A stretch of 64,000 nucleotides of DNA from Antedon mediterranea (GCF_964355755.1 NC_092680.1:7068001-7132000); one strand, 5' to 3'. Positions 38,301-53,124 are shown, counted from the stretch's first letter. Numbers and translations are program-made. Notes: a model not told the origin generated them from the letters alone.

Positions 38301-41300
38301 ACTTGTAAGTCGAGAGGCTTACTGGCAAGAGACACTGCAAGTATGTTATAGAATTTTTTATGGAATACATTTGTTTTAGTATGATACATTTTGAAGATAT
38401 ATTCTCCAGGTCTGATTAATACTACAACCATAGAACACATAGTCTCATGACTGCTATGTTACATGTTTCAGGATTTTTAGAAATTTGTTTGTAATTTATT
38501 TTTAACCAATTACTACATACTTTCACTTTGCAGAGTTTAAGTCAGCGAAATAAAGAACTTTTAAAAGAAAAGCGAAAGTTACTGTTGATAAACAAAATGG
38601 AAATAGAGAGACTAGAAAAAGAGAAGGTAAGTCTTTTAATTCCTCTTAAAATATCAAAAAAATTGCAGGAGTAGCAAATGTATGCATTCTAAGTTATATT
38701 CAAAGGTTTTCAGATTGAGTGCATTCATATCACTTTTTTACAGGCTGTTGTAGTTGCAGACTTAACATCAAAGGTTGATGCAGAGCATCAGCAGGTAACC
38801 AACGCTTCAAAAGATCATGATAACATGTTAGATGCACACATGGTCGAGCTTAAAGAGATAGAAGAAACTCACCAACAAGAGAAAAAGATTCTTGAAGATC
38901 AACTGACATCAGAGAAAGAAGAGAAATTACGGCTGCAGAGAATGTTACAATCTCGACCAGGTGAGACGGTAGTAGTGGCTGAGGATACTGGAACGTATGC
39001 CGCACCTGTTGCTGCAGTGCTCATGACAGATGAGGAAAAGAAAAGATTGGAAGAAGAGAATATAAGACTAAAAGCTGAAAGAGATCAGATCCAACAATAC
39101 AAGGATCAGTATCAGGAAAAGATGATAGATTCTCAAAAGGTAATAACAATGTAAATCTGATGATGTACTAATTTGAACTTTTTCAAAACCCAGCAGAAGA
39201 CCTTTCATTTGCAATATTTTTCATTTATAAACAATTTTGTCTTTTTTTTATATGTATAGAGAATTAATAAAAAATGACCTATGACTTTTTATTAATACAA
39301 TAACAAAAATTCTACATTTTTTATTTGAAAAAGCAATGGCATAAAGAAATAATGTTACTTTTGCTTGTTTATAGGAAACAGCAATGTATCAGGCTAAGTT
39401 CAACACACTACATCTTCAATACTTAGCAATCGCTAAAGTTTCTGAAGAAAACAAAGATAAAATTGATCAAGAAATCATGGCAGTTGTTACAGATAAGCAA
39501 GTAATGGATGAAGAACAGACAAGTTTAAAAGAGGATATAACGAAATGGGAAAAGGAATTTGAAGAAAGAACAGGAAAAACACCTACTGAAGCTGACAAGT
39601 AAGGCTTATTATTATCACTGGTATCTAAACAATTTCCTAAAATAAGAAATTTTCATAAATTACAACAATTAAAAAACAATAATAATCTGTTACAAAGTTT
39701 AACATTTTTTCCAGGCCTGACAGCGTTCATGAACTTGAAACACAACTTCATGAAGTTGAGATCAAACAGAAAGAGTTGGAAGGAAAAACGAAAACACTAA
39801 CAATGTTAAAAGAAGGAAAGGTACCGGAGGTCGCAGAAGCTGATGTCCCTGAACCAATTATTAAAACAGTTGAAGTAAGTATTTTGTATGTATGATGTGA
39901 ATGGAAAAACAAGTTGATCTGACAAATTGCTGTTTTGTCGTTAAAGCTTATTGTTAACTTTCAAATATAATATATTATATAACTTTAATCTCAGCTTTAA
40001 TTAACTCTTGCTATTTCCTTGGATCCTTTGTTATGTTATTTATATTTGTACAATAAAGTTATCAATTCAAAATATTGATAATTGTTGAGCGCATTTTTCT
40101 AGATTTCTTTACACAAAAAAAGAAAATAAGCCATTAAATGTGCTTTAATTAAATGAAGATGATGCAGTGGAACCATTTTCACCAGAATTTTGAAGCTCAC
40201 AAGTAGATAATTTTTCAATTTACTGCTATCGATTTAAATCCTCTTTTTGGTCACCATGATAATATACCTACAAATTGTCTTTATCAAGGTCACAGTTCCT
40301 GACCCAGTCACTGTTGCTGCACTTGCTGCAAGCCATGCCAAACTCAAAGATCTTGAAGAACAGTTAAAGAAACTTACAGAAACTGTTGATCACAAAGCTG
40401 TGATGATCAAGAAGCTAGAAAATGAATTAAAAAATAAGAAAATATCTGGAGCTGGCAGTAATGAGGTTGATCCAGGGTTAAAGGTCATTCTACAGTCTGT
40501 GATCAAACATGTAAGTGATTGTGTTTCAGAATGAAGTTTTTCATCTATGTATAAATTCACCTGAAATATTACTGTGTTGTGTCAATCACGTTTGTTTCCT
40601 TCATTTCAATTGCGCCTTACCAATTCATTGAATATAAATAACCAAATGATATTAATTTATTATCATACATTCATAGTGTAAATAAATATACAATAATTTT
40701 ATGCAGATTCAATTAATCCATGAAAACAATGATCCTGCAAAGACCCAAGTGTCTAACCAGCTTACTGAAGAAGAAGCAGCAAAGGCAGGATGTGTTACAG
40801 CTACAAAAGACCTTCAAGATCAATTAGATGCCTGGGAAAAGTTGTACAGGGAAGAACATGATATAGGGCCTACAGAAGCTGATAGGTAGGTACACAATTT
40901 GAAGTTGGTGAGGTCGCAAGTTATTATAACACCTACAGAAATGTACTGTACTTGCATAGTATTAGTATTATGATGCTTTTTGTGTACTAAAGTATTGGTA
41001 CAAATATTACTGAAGAGTGACTATTGTAACTATTCTAAAACTTAAAGTAAAATGTTCTTACCTGCCAATAGTGGCCAGTAGTTAGATTTGTATTATGAAA
41101 ATCTTTTTCAAAATTCTATATAATTATTGTGCAATAACTATGCAGTGCATTAACAAAACTGTTTTCTTTGATAGGGATGCTTCTGCCCAACAACTCTATG
41201 CTTCTTTCGAAACTAGTCAACAAAAGCAAATGGAAAATGAAGTTGATATTACTGCATTGACTATGATACAAACAGGAGTAATCCCAGATAAATTTGGAGG

Positions 41301-44300
41301 TATCACAGCTATGTCATTCACTGGTATGTAGTATATTAGATTGACTGATTGATAAAATTAACTCATTATACAATTGGTTTATTCATTGTGTTTTAAACCT
41401 GCAAGTTGTGTCATTTACATATATGACCTCCACAATTAAATTTTCACATGGTCATACACAATACATTTCAATCCTATTCCCAAATGTCATAAACTTTCAG
41501 AGTATAAATATTTGTCGTATTCGATCAGGAAGTTTCGTTGTCAAGATTTGTTGAGTACTTTTTGTATTTGAATTGTAAATCTGTGCTCAACAGAAAGTCA
41601 TTCGAATAGAAAACGTTAACAACGAAAGCTTTTTCGTTAAGAACAATCTTAACGCTCAAAATACGCCATTAAATAAGTACTCAATGGAAAAACCACTCAA
41701 CGGTCCACTCAAATACGACAACTGTTTATATTCCACCAGACAAAATGTATTCATAATTACTTCTGATGACTAGAATTCAAGTGCTGAATATCAATCTCAT
41801 GCAAAGTCACTAAAAACATTCTCCCAAAGGTTTATTTAGTCTTTTCAAGTAATAAGTGATTACAATTATAAATGATTTAAGATGCATTATTTTTTTTCAA
41901 GGTGTCAGTGGTGGTGGTGGTGGTGCCAATCAAGAGGAACTTGATGAGGCAAATGAGAAGAATGAAGATCTGGAGAAAGAAATTGAGGAGTTGAAAAGGA
42001 AAATAAATGAGTTACAGGAGGGATCTGGTGGAGGTGCTTCACTCGCTATTACATCTGGTATTGATGTTGATGATGATGACATTGAGGTATGTACCATCTT
42101 TTACTAGTGGAGCAGTGCACAGCATCTTATTTAGTAATACGTTCTGTGAATGTTGCTCCTCTTTCCGAATATTTTCTAAAAGATATAACTATTTTTGTAT
42201 TTCTAAATTTTGAATGTTCACCAGTACAGATGTATTGTACATAAATGCTTGGCTTATGTGTACTTGTCAATAAATGTATATTCACATTGAACTCATATGG
42301 ACAAATTTGATACCCAACGAAGTGTCCTTTTAATAGGGGTTTCCCTGAATAGGGACTGTTTGTGTTAAAAAATATCATACTACCCCATGTTTGTTTCATG
42401 GAAAAGTGTCTTGTACTGTATGAGTGTCCCTGAATATGGATGTCCAAAAGGAGAAGGTTTACTGTATACATTTAACATTTGAAATGGTTTGTTAAGGGTT
42501 TCAATGCTCAACTTGGAGACTTGCAAAAACAAGTCGACAACGCAAACGATGAACTTCGCCAAGAGAAATCAGAGCACGAAAAGACCAGAGATGAACTAGA
42601 GGATCTAAAATCAGAACTGGAGAAATTAAAACAAGAACAAACAGATTTGGAAGTAGAGTATGATGGGAAGATAAAGGCAAGCACAGTTGCTCTTGTTGCA
42701 GAACTTGAAATCAAGAATAAAGTAGGTTTTTTGTTTCTTGTTTCTTGTTAATTAAAACTCTCTATAGGAATTATTCAAAATCCATTCTAATGTAAGCTAC
42801 AGTATAATACAAGGTAATCGTGAGTTAAAATTGTTTTTGACTTTTGCTGGTAGAACACCTTAGTTTTCAAGAAATTGTAATATATGATTTTACTAGCAAA
42901 GTTTAAAGTATTAAGTTTTTTCCTGACAGTCATTGGATGAGAGTAAACAACGAATTGATGAACTGGAGAAAGAGAAGTTAAGTGCGCTGCCACCAGATGT
43001 TGCTAAAGAAATCCAACTATTGCAGGCTAAACTAGTAAGCACTCTGAGAACTTTAGTTTCATTACACCAATATGTTACACATCCAAAAACCTCTATTACA
43101 TGATCATTTCAAAAAGCATGTTCTGGATACAGATGTGAGTGTCTCAAAAAACCAATACAATAAATATGTTATGTAGGAAATTATAGAAAATGCAATAGCT
43201 GTAATAGTAAAAGTAATTATTGCTTTAAAGGCAAAATCTGAAAAGGAAAAAGAAGATCTGCAGAAGTCAAGTATTGGTGGCAATGCTGAAGTTGAAAAAA
43301 TTAAACTAGAAATTGCAACTTTGAGTCAGAGTCTTGCTAAAGAAAGAGAGGTCAACCGTGGTCATCAAGAGAATCTGAAGAAAAAGATGGCAGAAAAAGA
43401 CAAGCAGTTAAAAGAGCAACAAATAGCAATAGAGAAGAAATACCAACAGAGAGAGGATGAAAATAAAAAACAACTGAAGTCTTTGGAAAAGAAAATAAAA
43501 GAACTATCAGTAGCAGGTGTTGCAATGAAGCCTGGAGCAAAGGGTGCTAAGGTATAATAATGTATTTTATTTTTTAAATGTATAGTTATACTGTTCACAT
43601 CTCACTACATATTAACTTGACTATAAGATCATGGCAATTAAAAGTCCTAACAGCGTACTAATAATTAATATGGTAATAAAGTTTCTACACAGTAGGTAGT
43701 AATAGTTGACTGGCAAATGATACAAACATCAGGAATCTTCTCCCAAATATTTTCTTCCCAGAATTATACCTTTACTAATTACTTATTAAAATAATAAATC
43801 AATTGTTAATTATCTAGGGTGGTGCTGCAGTTGATGCAAAGACAGAGAAAAAACTAAAACTTCTCCAAGACCAGATAGCAACATTAAAGAAGAAAGCACA
43901 AGAAGACCAGGCAAAAATCAAAGAGTTGACAGATCAACTTAAAGATGCAAAGTCTGATGCATTTGGAGATGTAAGTGATTTTACATTACAAGGTTTAAAT
44001 TCATTTGGTAGGATACAAGCCACCCTAAACTCTATCTACACTATCAAACTTGATGTGACAAAACAAATATGATGTGCCCATATATAAACATGACGACGTC
44101 ATATCACTGCCATATTTGGTCATATCACTGCCATATTTGGGCACATCACACTTTTTTTTTCGAATTTGTTTGATAGTCTAGCTTCTTATTTGTTACTAAT
44201 GACAGACATTATGGATAAACTCTGTACATTCAAAAACAGGTATAGTTTTCCTTTCTTATGTTTTCTTGTTGTTTTCTAACCCTTACGTAGGTCATTTATT

Positions 44301-47300
44301 GTCAGTGACATATTACAACCATTTTTACAAAATCCTAGCATCAACAGCAATAAAATAGTTTGTCGCCAACAATGGTGTCAAATAAAATCCAATTTCTAGG
44401 CTGAACTTCAGCCAGTGATCTAATATCATTTTTAGTTATCAATGTTCACTTCACTATTTACAGAAACAAGCTGGTAAGAAACAAGAAAAAGCCATGAAGG
44501 ATCTAGAGAAGAAAATAGAAATGGAAACGAAAAAGTTTGAACGAGAATTAAAGAAAGCAAATGAGTTGGAGGAAGAGCTTAAAACAACAAAAAAAGTAAT
44601 TTACACATTGTTTATGAAGGCTAAAGTAAAGATTAAATCAGTTTTTAACTTCTGTTTCCCTCCTTTTCAAACAAATGTAATCTTATAAAGTTATATATTC
44701 CTTTTTTGCAAAAAATGCAACATTTGTTTAAAATAAAATATTTGATTTGTATTGTAAATATGGTTTCCTTTTGAAATGTATACTGATAACAATTACTTTA
44801 TAATCTAACTAATACTAATACTCAACAAAATAAGGGATAATATAAATATATATCTTTACAGAACCAAATTTTAAATTAACCAGTATCATTTGAGAAGATT
44901 AACTTAATTAAGTTTGTTTACATGTGCTTGTTTTAGGAACGTGATTCTGCTAATGAGGAAGTCAAGAAGCTAACAGCACAGATTGCTGCTCTTGGTATTG
45001 CGGCAGAACAGGCTGTTGAGCTAAAAGAAAAAGCAGAGAAACTTGAGAAGGAAGTCAAAGAATTACAAGCAGAGAATAAACTAGTTACTGAAAACTTCAA
45101 CAGTGAACGTGTAAGTATTTGTGAATAAATTATTTTCATTCAAACCCTCTTATCAGGAATGGATGTATTTTTAAGAATCATTATTCTCCAGTTTGTTTAT
45201 TTTACTTTAATTGTTGTTTTAGAGCCCATTTAAATAAGTTCGTCATTTGTATAAAACATATTTAGTAGTACATGTACATGTTTTTTTTGGTTATTCACAA
45301 AATGAAAATAATTCTTCTCCAATTTGTTTATTAGCTTAAATTGAATTGTTTCGTTCTTTTAATTCTATCCATTTGATAATTTGTCATTCGAATAAGGATA
45401 AAAATGAATAATTGCCCATTTAAACCTGTAAATTAATTTAATTTATTTTAGGTTCTGCGGAAAAAGTATTACAATATGGTTGAAGATATGAAAGGTAAAA
45501 TCCGAGTATTCTGCCGAGCACGTCCTTTAAGTGGTTCTGAAAAAGAGAGAGTAAGTGTTGTTTAAAACTTACTCAATTACTGTACACATTAGTTTCCACT
45601 GTAAACATGAATGATCTGGTGGATTGTACTCATCAAAAAAAATTATGGTCAGTTGGTCACTTTAATAAGGTCAACCATAATGATCCACATCACTGCTTTA
45701 TTTCCCATTTGTATTTATTTCTCAATTTATTTTTGCAGGGTTGTAACATTATAGTGAATGCTCCAGATGAATACACCGTTTCAGTGGAAAGCTCACGTGG
45801 TTTGAAAGAATTCCAATTTGATCGTATATTTATGGCAGAAAATACACAAGAGGATGTCTTTGAAGATACCAATGTAAGATGTGTTCTGTTAATTATAACA
45901 TACACATAATAATAGGAAAAAAATAATAATCAACATCTATAATATTATACATTAGAGACAAACAAAAGAATGAATGAAATAAAATGATCAGATTCAGTTA
46001 AAAGTCACCACAAAGCATAAGGGAATAAATATTACAAAAGTAAAAAGACCATCTCTAGTGTGATGCAGTTTTCCTGCCTTATTGGAGTATAAAGATCCAG
46101 ATCCAGACCATACTTACACATAGGAAACATAAACAAAAAGGTTAATCCAACAATCCATGACATGCAATATATAAGATAAGTCATAGACCCGTTCAGACTA
46201 GGTTTCATGGGAATTTATCGCTAACTTTGGTGGGTAGGAACCAATTTACTCGGGTAAAATAACTGGCCCATAGAAGCAACTAGTGTATGCATTGTGTACA
46301 ACAGATGAATATTATAACAGATGATGATAATATATACAGTAACTATACATAAATGTTGTATTGTATACTACTTTTCTAGAATCTGGTGCAAACAGCTGTA
46401 GATGGTTACAACGTGTGTATATTTGCCTACGGTCAAACAGGATCTGGTAAAACATTTACAATGATTGGTGACAGAGATCAGAAGTTTCCGGGAATTGCAC
46501 CAAGAGCATTTGAGAAAATCTTTGAAGTAATTGAAGAAAACAAGTAAATATCAATGATAATTTTGAAAATTTGAGATCAGTACAATTAGCTCTACCACAC
46601 AACCATACATTGTGCAAAAGTTGTATTACATGCAACACTAAATAACCATTAATTTGTAGCTTTTAAAATGTATCAAAACAGAACAAGCATTATAAAATAA
46701 GATATTCAACTGATACACAGCATTCTGATTAGTTCCACCATTTTTATAAATGACATTTGTTTTTATTTATTTCCAGGTCAAAATACTCATTCAAAGTTTA
46801 CACATATATGTTGGAGTTGTACAATGATAAGCTGATTGACTTGTATGCAAAAGGCAAAGAGGTAATTGATTTCATTTTATGTAGATTTAAAACAGGTTTT
46901 TGAGTTACCCATCCAATACACAAGTAACCCACATCCCATCAACCACCCTACTCTCTGTCACTTACATGAAGCAAACACTTTTATTTGGTTTAATTGTAAT
47001 TTAACCACTTTTTAAAAGGACAAACTTGATATTAAAAAAGACAAGAAAGGAATGGTAGTGGTAAATGGATCAGTCATCCTAGAAGCATCTAATCACAAAG
47101 AGTTGTATGGTCTGTTTGAGCAAGGCTCATCAAACAGACATGTGGCATCAACAAGTAAGTCAGAATTCAAAAAGTTTATGAGTGATGTACATTGATTTCC
47201 GTTACAATTTAGTTTTAAAGATGCAACATCTTTAAAGAAAATGTTTTACCTTTATCTCTAACTTTAATATTAGTGGGAGAATGTGTCTTAATACTGTGTA

Positions 47301-48583
47301 TTTATTTCAAATTCTCAGAGATGAATTCTGAAAGTTCACGTTCACATTTGGTCCTGGCCATCATCATTGAAAGTACCAATCTGTCCACTGGAACTGTGGT
47401 CAAGGGTAAATTGAGTCTGGTTGATTTGGCTGGAAGTGAAAGAGCAGCAAAAACAGAAGCTTCAGCACAGCAGCTTAAGGTTAGTAGTCTATTGGATATA
47501 GACTGGAAACTATGTATTTTATAGCTCTTTAGAAATGCGATTATTAAGTAGATACCAGGCTGTTGCTAGCATGACGCAGACATCGTCTCATCTGGAAAAA
47601 TGATCCTCCAATGCGTAGCTCCATCCTTGCCTTTTCTGTTTTTAACTTTGCACTACAGCAGCCCTGAGAGGTATAGAGGATGATCCACATCAGAGGTGGA
47701 TTTAGGTGCAATGCACACAATGCTGGATTCTCCCCTTCACAGTAGGCTTAAAAGTGCTGACTGTATGTGAAATGTTAATTGTTTTAAACATAATATAAAG
47801 CTTCAACATAACGTATACCGATGAATTATTTCTATTTATCCTTACAGGAAGCAAACTCCATCAACAAGTCTCTTAGCGCCCTGGGTGATGTCATTTCAGC
47901 ACTCTCTAGTGAGCAGTCCTTCATTCCATACAGAAACAACAAGTTAACACTTCTTATGCAGGACTCCCTCGGTGGTAACGCTAAAACGCTTATGTTCGTA
48001 AATGTTTCACCTGCAGATTATAATGCTGATGAGACTGTGATATCTTTAACGTAAGTCATTAATATTGTAAACATTATTTCAATTAGTTCTTTGAACATTG
48101 TGGAATTGACTGAGCTTTAGAATACAAGTAAAATATATTTGTTTTTAATAGATATGCGTCACGTGTGAAACTTATTACCAATGATGCCAGTAAGAATGCA
48201 GACAACAAGGAAATTGCTCGCTTGAAAGATGTAAGTAAACGTATACAGACTAAATAAATAAAATTACTAAAAACCATAAATTGAATAGTCTACATCCTGT
48301 TTCAGCTATGCCTAAACATAGTCCAGAAACAAAATTCATATTTGAATTTAAAAACAAGGAGATATACTTAATACATTTTTATATAAAATAAGCAATTAAA
48401 TAAAACACACATTTGTGTTTTATAAATAATTGATATATCAATAAAGCTGATTTTTTTTTTTTTTAATGTGGTTTTAAAGAAGAGCTGATTTCAACAATTT
48501 TGATAAAATATGATGATTTTTTTTTTCAGGTTATCAATAAACTAAAAAGTGGAGAAAATGTAGATGAGGAGGTAGCAAGTTAA
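35303..48583 (+). CDS. Kinesin-14 with C-terminal motor, KCBP/sea-urchin kinesin-C-like, ~29 coding exons
   Basis: Long coiled-coil exons, then neck/motor [25 protein letters not shown]-loop [44 protein letters not shown] and tail [35 protein letters not shown]; stop TAA 48581-48583. The first exon (35303-35396) is phase-compatible but less certain. Confidence 0.88.
41500..41733. mobile_element. Degenerate MITE-like element in a kinesin intron
   Basis: Imperfect terminal inverted repeats gagtataaaatatttgtcgtatt / aatacgacaactgtttatattc. Confidence 0.4.
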
Positions 48584-50316
48584 TTCATCAACTTGAAAAA
48601 GAAAACAAAGTAATATAGTATGTATTTATTTAGTTTAAAATGCTCATAATAAGTTGAGGCATGTTTTATAGTAGATGTACTATAATACTAAACCACTGGA
48701 TAACATTTAGCCATTTTGGTAATGTATACCAGACACCTTAACCTGACTTTTTTAGATTCAGAATAAATAAGAAAGATAACAACAACAAAAAAAATCAAAT
48801 AAAAAACCCATCATTGAATCCGTCCTTAATTAAGAGAGAATTTTTATATTAAGATTTGTAGTCTTTCAAGTAGTATTTAGTACCATATTGAAATGGTTAC
48901 ATTTCATTGTAGTTTGATAAAATACAAGATTGTTAATTAATACAGTAGGCCTGCCTATAACTTGATCACTGTAATTTTAACAATATTTTGAGACATTTTA
49001 GTTTGTATCTTCTTATCTATCTAAATAAAGAAAACAGCACTAAAATGATTTTGCACATGACAAAAATTATTTGATAATTTGCAATAAACTATGAATAGAT
49101 AAAATACACATTTTAAATTTGTCTCACAAACTGTACTGTACAGAAGTTTGTCAAAATAAATATTTTTATATTAAAATTTCTAATTAACACCTTGAATAAT
49201 ATATTTATTATTATATTATGAATAGTATATTTTGTAATTGTTTTACCTTGAATAATTGTTGGTTAGTTATGTACATACTGGTCCAGATAATAAGAATGAA
49301 GAATGTAACTATTTATTTTAATTAAATTGGTATTTATATCTAAACAGTCAAATGCATGGATAACTTGTCCAATCATTGCTTTTATGTATTTGAATATACA
49401 TTTTTAAATCATTGACTGACACATAACAAGGTAGTAAATTTGAATGCACACAAAATTAATTTAACAAAATTTTAAACATAAATATATTTTTTAAGAAAAC
49501 TGATAAGCAACAAAACCTGTTAAATATTTTAAAAGTTTGTTGATTACTTGATAACCATTTTAAATGTACTATGTATTATAGTTTCCATCATGCTCATTTA
49601 TTTCATTATAAACACTTTAATTGAGAAATAATATTTAATAAATGATGCCACAAGAAAACAGAATTGTTTGGTTATTTATGAATTTTACTGAGTTTAAAAA
49701 AAAAAGATGGTATGAGGACTTTTACTCGCTTGCTTTCTGATATATAATTTCTCAAAGACATTGACAGAATATTACGTTTAGTTTGACGCTTCAACAACAA
49801 TAGGAATATCTTTTGTCAAAAGTTAATAACGATGAGTTCAATTTGTTTTTGAGTCCCTACAGTATATTGAAAATCCCCTAGGCTAGGCCTCCTATCCTAT
49901 GTATATGGCCTAGAGTGGATTTATTAGAATGGAGTTATTTGCCTAAACAACTCCAACATACTGTACAGGCCCGTAGCCAGAATGCATCAGAGGGGGGTTT
50001 TCTTGACACCAAGTATTTTGCGAGCGCAGCGAGCAACTGTAGGCTGGGGGCCTGGGGGCCGCCAAGGGCCCCCGGTCGGGGTCCAGGGGGCGAAGCCCCC
50101 TGGAAGCTTTGGCTCTCAGAGCAATTTCGGTTGTTTTAATAAGCTTACAGAGACATTTTTTACCTACTAAAATCTGGGTTATGCAGAGAAATTATATAGT
50201 ATAGTATGGAAGTTAGTAGTACTGATCATGAATAACAGCTTTATTGTTGCAAAAAAGTATATTATATTAGGCCCTTAAGTAATTTCTTATCCTATAAACA
50301 TAAAAAACAAATAGTA

Positions 50317-51953
50317 CCGTATATTTCGGTGTACAAGTCGCACCTGTGTATAAGACGCACCCATAACGGAGACTGAAATATTAGTATTTTTTATGTAGTC
50401 GATGCATAAGACGCACTTATTTCTAGGCCGAAATTTAAACATTTTACAATCAAAACAATGGTATTTTAATAATAAAACAACGATATTTGAGACATATTAG
50501 AATCAAATGATATAATTTTGTTTGATTGCCTTTATTACATCGTAATCAGTCTCTACTTCAACTGAACGTTCAATGAAAAGGGAAATCCCCATATTGTTTC
50601 AGTTACGATGCACTGTGTGGGTAGGGCTAGCCTATGTCTATTTAAGTAACTTTAATTTCATATTATTTAAATATATACCTTCTTATTGTGTGTATGACCA
50701 TTATAAAATCAATCCAAATGATGTTCAGTTTTTTGGGCTGATAATGAACCAGGAATATCATGTTGGGTAGGCCTATATGAAAATCTTTCCTATTTCCATG
50801 CATGCATTACAGCAATATGAGGAGAGAGCACTAACCATGTGCTCCTTGCCTGGTGGCCATATACACTATAAGATTAGGGGAAGCTACGTAACACAATAAC
50901 AACACACTCTTTTAGATATCGCTTGACATACGAACTATTGACTACATGATTATAAAATTATGTGATTGTTGACATAGAGATGTAATAAAAATAAACCACC
51001 GTGATCAAGGGAAATAGTTATTGTGTAAATAAAATGTGACACCACCGTAATTAATAGACTCTTCCATAAATGTGTTGCGCGCTGTGATGATGCTGCATGC
51101 TGCTAGAATACACACCCGCGAGTTCAGAGAGTATTACTAGGCCTGGGTAGAATATCTAATGCGTACTGTAATATTAATTAATACAGTCGAGGATGACAAT
51201 TTACCTTAACTAAAAATTCAATAAACTTGTTACCACACTGTGGTTAGACAGGAGTGAGTAACTAGCTAGGCCTACATTGCAGAGTAGTAGGCCTACACTA
51301 TTTTTAATTAATTTAAAGATGTATTGTCCCTTTGACTAATTCCAAAAAAATAAAAAATAAAAGATTTCGAAAAAAAGTGGGTTATTTTGAAGTATCATAA
51401 TAGTTATTAACTTTCACCAAAAATTTGTCGAAAAAAAATCATTTAATTGAAATACAGACGTTTTTTTGTTCAAAAAATAACTTTGACTTCCAGTCAAAGT
51501 TTTTGATAAAAACATATCTCATAATGCATTGCTCTTGTTTGGCTACTCTGTATGCATAATCAGAAAACTTCCTCGCGATCTGTGTGAAAACACCTTCTCA
51601 ACCGTGACGAGTTGTAAACAATCCTAATTAGCACCATGCATAATGCATACTCGTGGTTTGAAATCTTTGTTTACTTTTGCTCGCGACGATTTTCCAGACG
51701 AAATGTAATCAAATTAATTTACCTGTTTATTACGTAAACTTGTTGTTTTTGGCTCGAATTTTCGACTTAAAGTGAACAACTTTAATATTAATTTGATATG
51801 GCCGATTTAAATTTAGAATATTTTGACCATCATTTTTTGTGTTTCAAGGGACAATACATCTTTAAGTATTAGTAGGTAATTAAATTAATTAGGGTTACAT
51901 TTAGAGGTCAAATTTGCGTGTCAAAAGTGCGTCTTATACACCGAAATATACGG
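50317..51953. mobile_element. Non-autonomous Tc1/mariner(pogo)-type element nested in the above
   Basis: TIR ccgtatatttcggtgtacaagtcgcac / gtgcgtcttatacaccgaaatatacgg with TA flanks. Confidence 0.8.
51317..51861. mobile_element. Non-autonomous Kolobok-like element (innermost of the nest)
   Basis: TIR agatgtattgtccc / gggacaatacatct with TTAA flanks. Confidence 0.8.
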
Positions 51954-53124
51954 TAGGCCTACGTACACGTACCAATTTAACTCAGCACCATTTTTATTCA
52001 AATTTAAACAGTGAAATTCTTTGGTTTAATGAAAAATATTTCCAGGAAAAAAATAAAAATCCCCAAAAAGATTGAACTGAACTGAACGTGATCTTGTGCG
52101 TTCCGAAAAGCCCGGCCGAAGCACGCGATTGGTCAGTCCATTTTTCTGTCATATTTATAACCATCATCTCTCAACAATCTCTCGATCTCACGCTCAGCAG
52201 TGACTTTGACATCGGACAATCTGTATATTCGATCGATTTAAACATAGTCAATAGAAGTAAAATGACCAAAAAATCTGCTATAATTGATAATTAATTGCAC
52301 GATTTTGGAAGTGGGGCCTTTGTTTTTCAAGGGGGGTTCGCTGGTAAAAGGGGGGGTTCGCCCGAACCCCAAAAAAACCCCCTGGCTACGGGCCTGCTGT
52401 ACTTGTTAATTGTTATAATTCAATTACTTTGTTTATGCTTATTATTTTAAAATATAATGAGCTAAACCAACCTAACTTTAGCCTTGTTTAAATCATCCGC
52501 CCAGTAATTTCTAGTCGATACCGCCTAGCCCAGGCCTGACCTATTTGTGCAGTGAGAGAGGAATGGAAAGAGTAGAAGTCGGGCCTTCGGTTATTTCTAA
52601 ATTAAGTAGGCCTAGGACTTATCTTAGATGGTAAAAGTATGTAGTCCTACTCTACATTAACTAAAATTACAAATAAAATGTTAAAACAATAATAATAATC
52701 GAAAATTAACATACTTTGAGAAGTTATTGACTGGCCATCTCTAAGAAAGGAAGACTGTATAAAGCATGATGCAGTGAGCGCGTTGAGTGAGCGCACTAAC
52801 TTTTTAGTCGCTCTAAACCTATTGTGGGCGGAGCAACCAACCAACCAATCAGTATTCTTCCAACTACTGTCTGTTTTCTAAAACTTGTTAAACTTTCAAC
52901 CAATGGCGGGAAAACAAGTCTTGGAGGGTAGTGTAATTAAATGCATTAATAACTATTCTAGAATCTAGATTATGGTACTATAGTTACGGTACGGCGGACA
53001 GGTTAAAGATTAGCCCAAGCTTAAGAAACGTTATGCGTATAAATTACACATACTTTACCTACTTACAATACTTACGTATATTTGTCTACTGTTGATCCCC
53101 ATATTAATAGGCCTAAATAACAAC

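Larger units (their letters stand above)
49966..52396. mobile_element. Non-autonomous DNA transposon with 5-bp target duplication (hAT5-like); outer element of a nest
   Basis: TIR caggcccgtagccag / ctggctacgggcctg, flanked by ctgta on both sides; GC-rich subterminal regions. Confidence 0.8.

Noticed and set aside
49915-50170. GC-rich ORFs
   Set aside because: They lie in the transposon's subterminal region with no transposase motifs.
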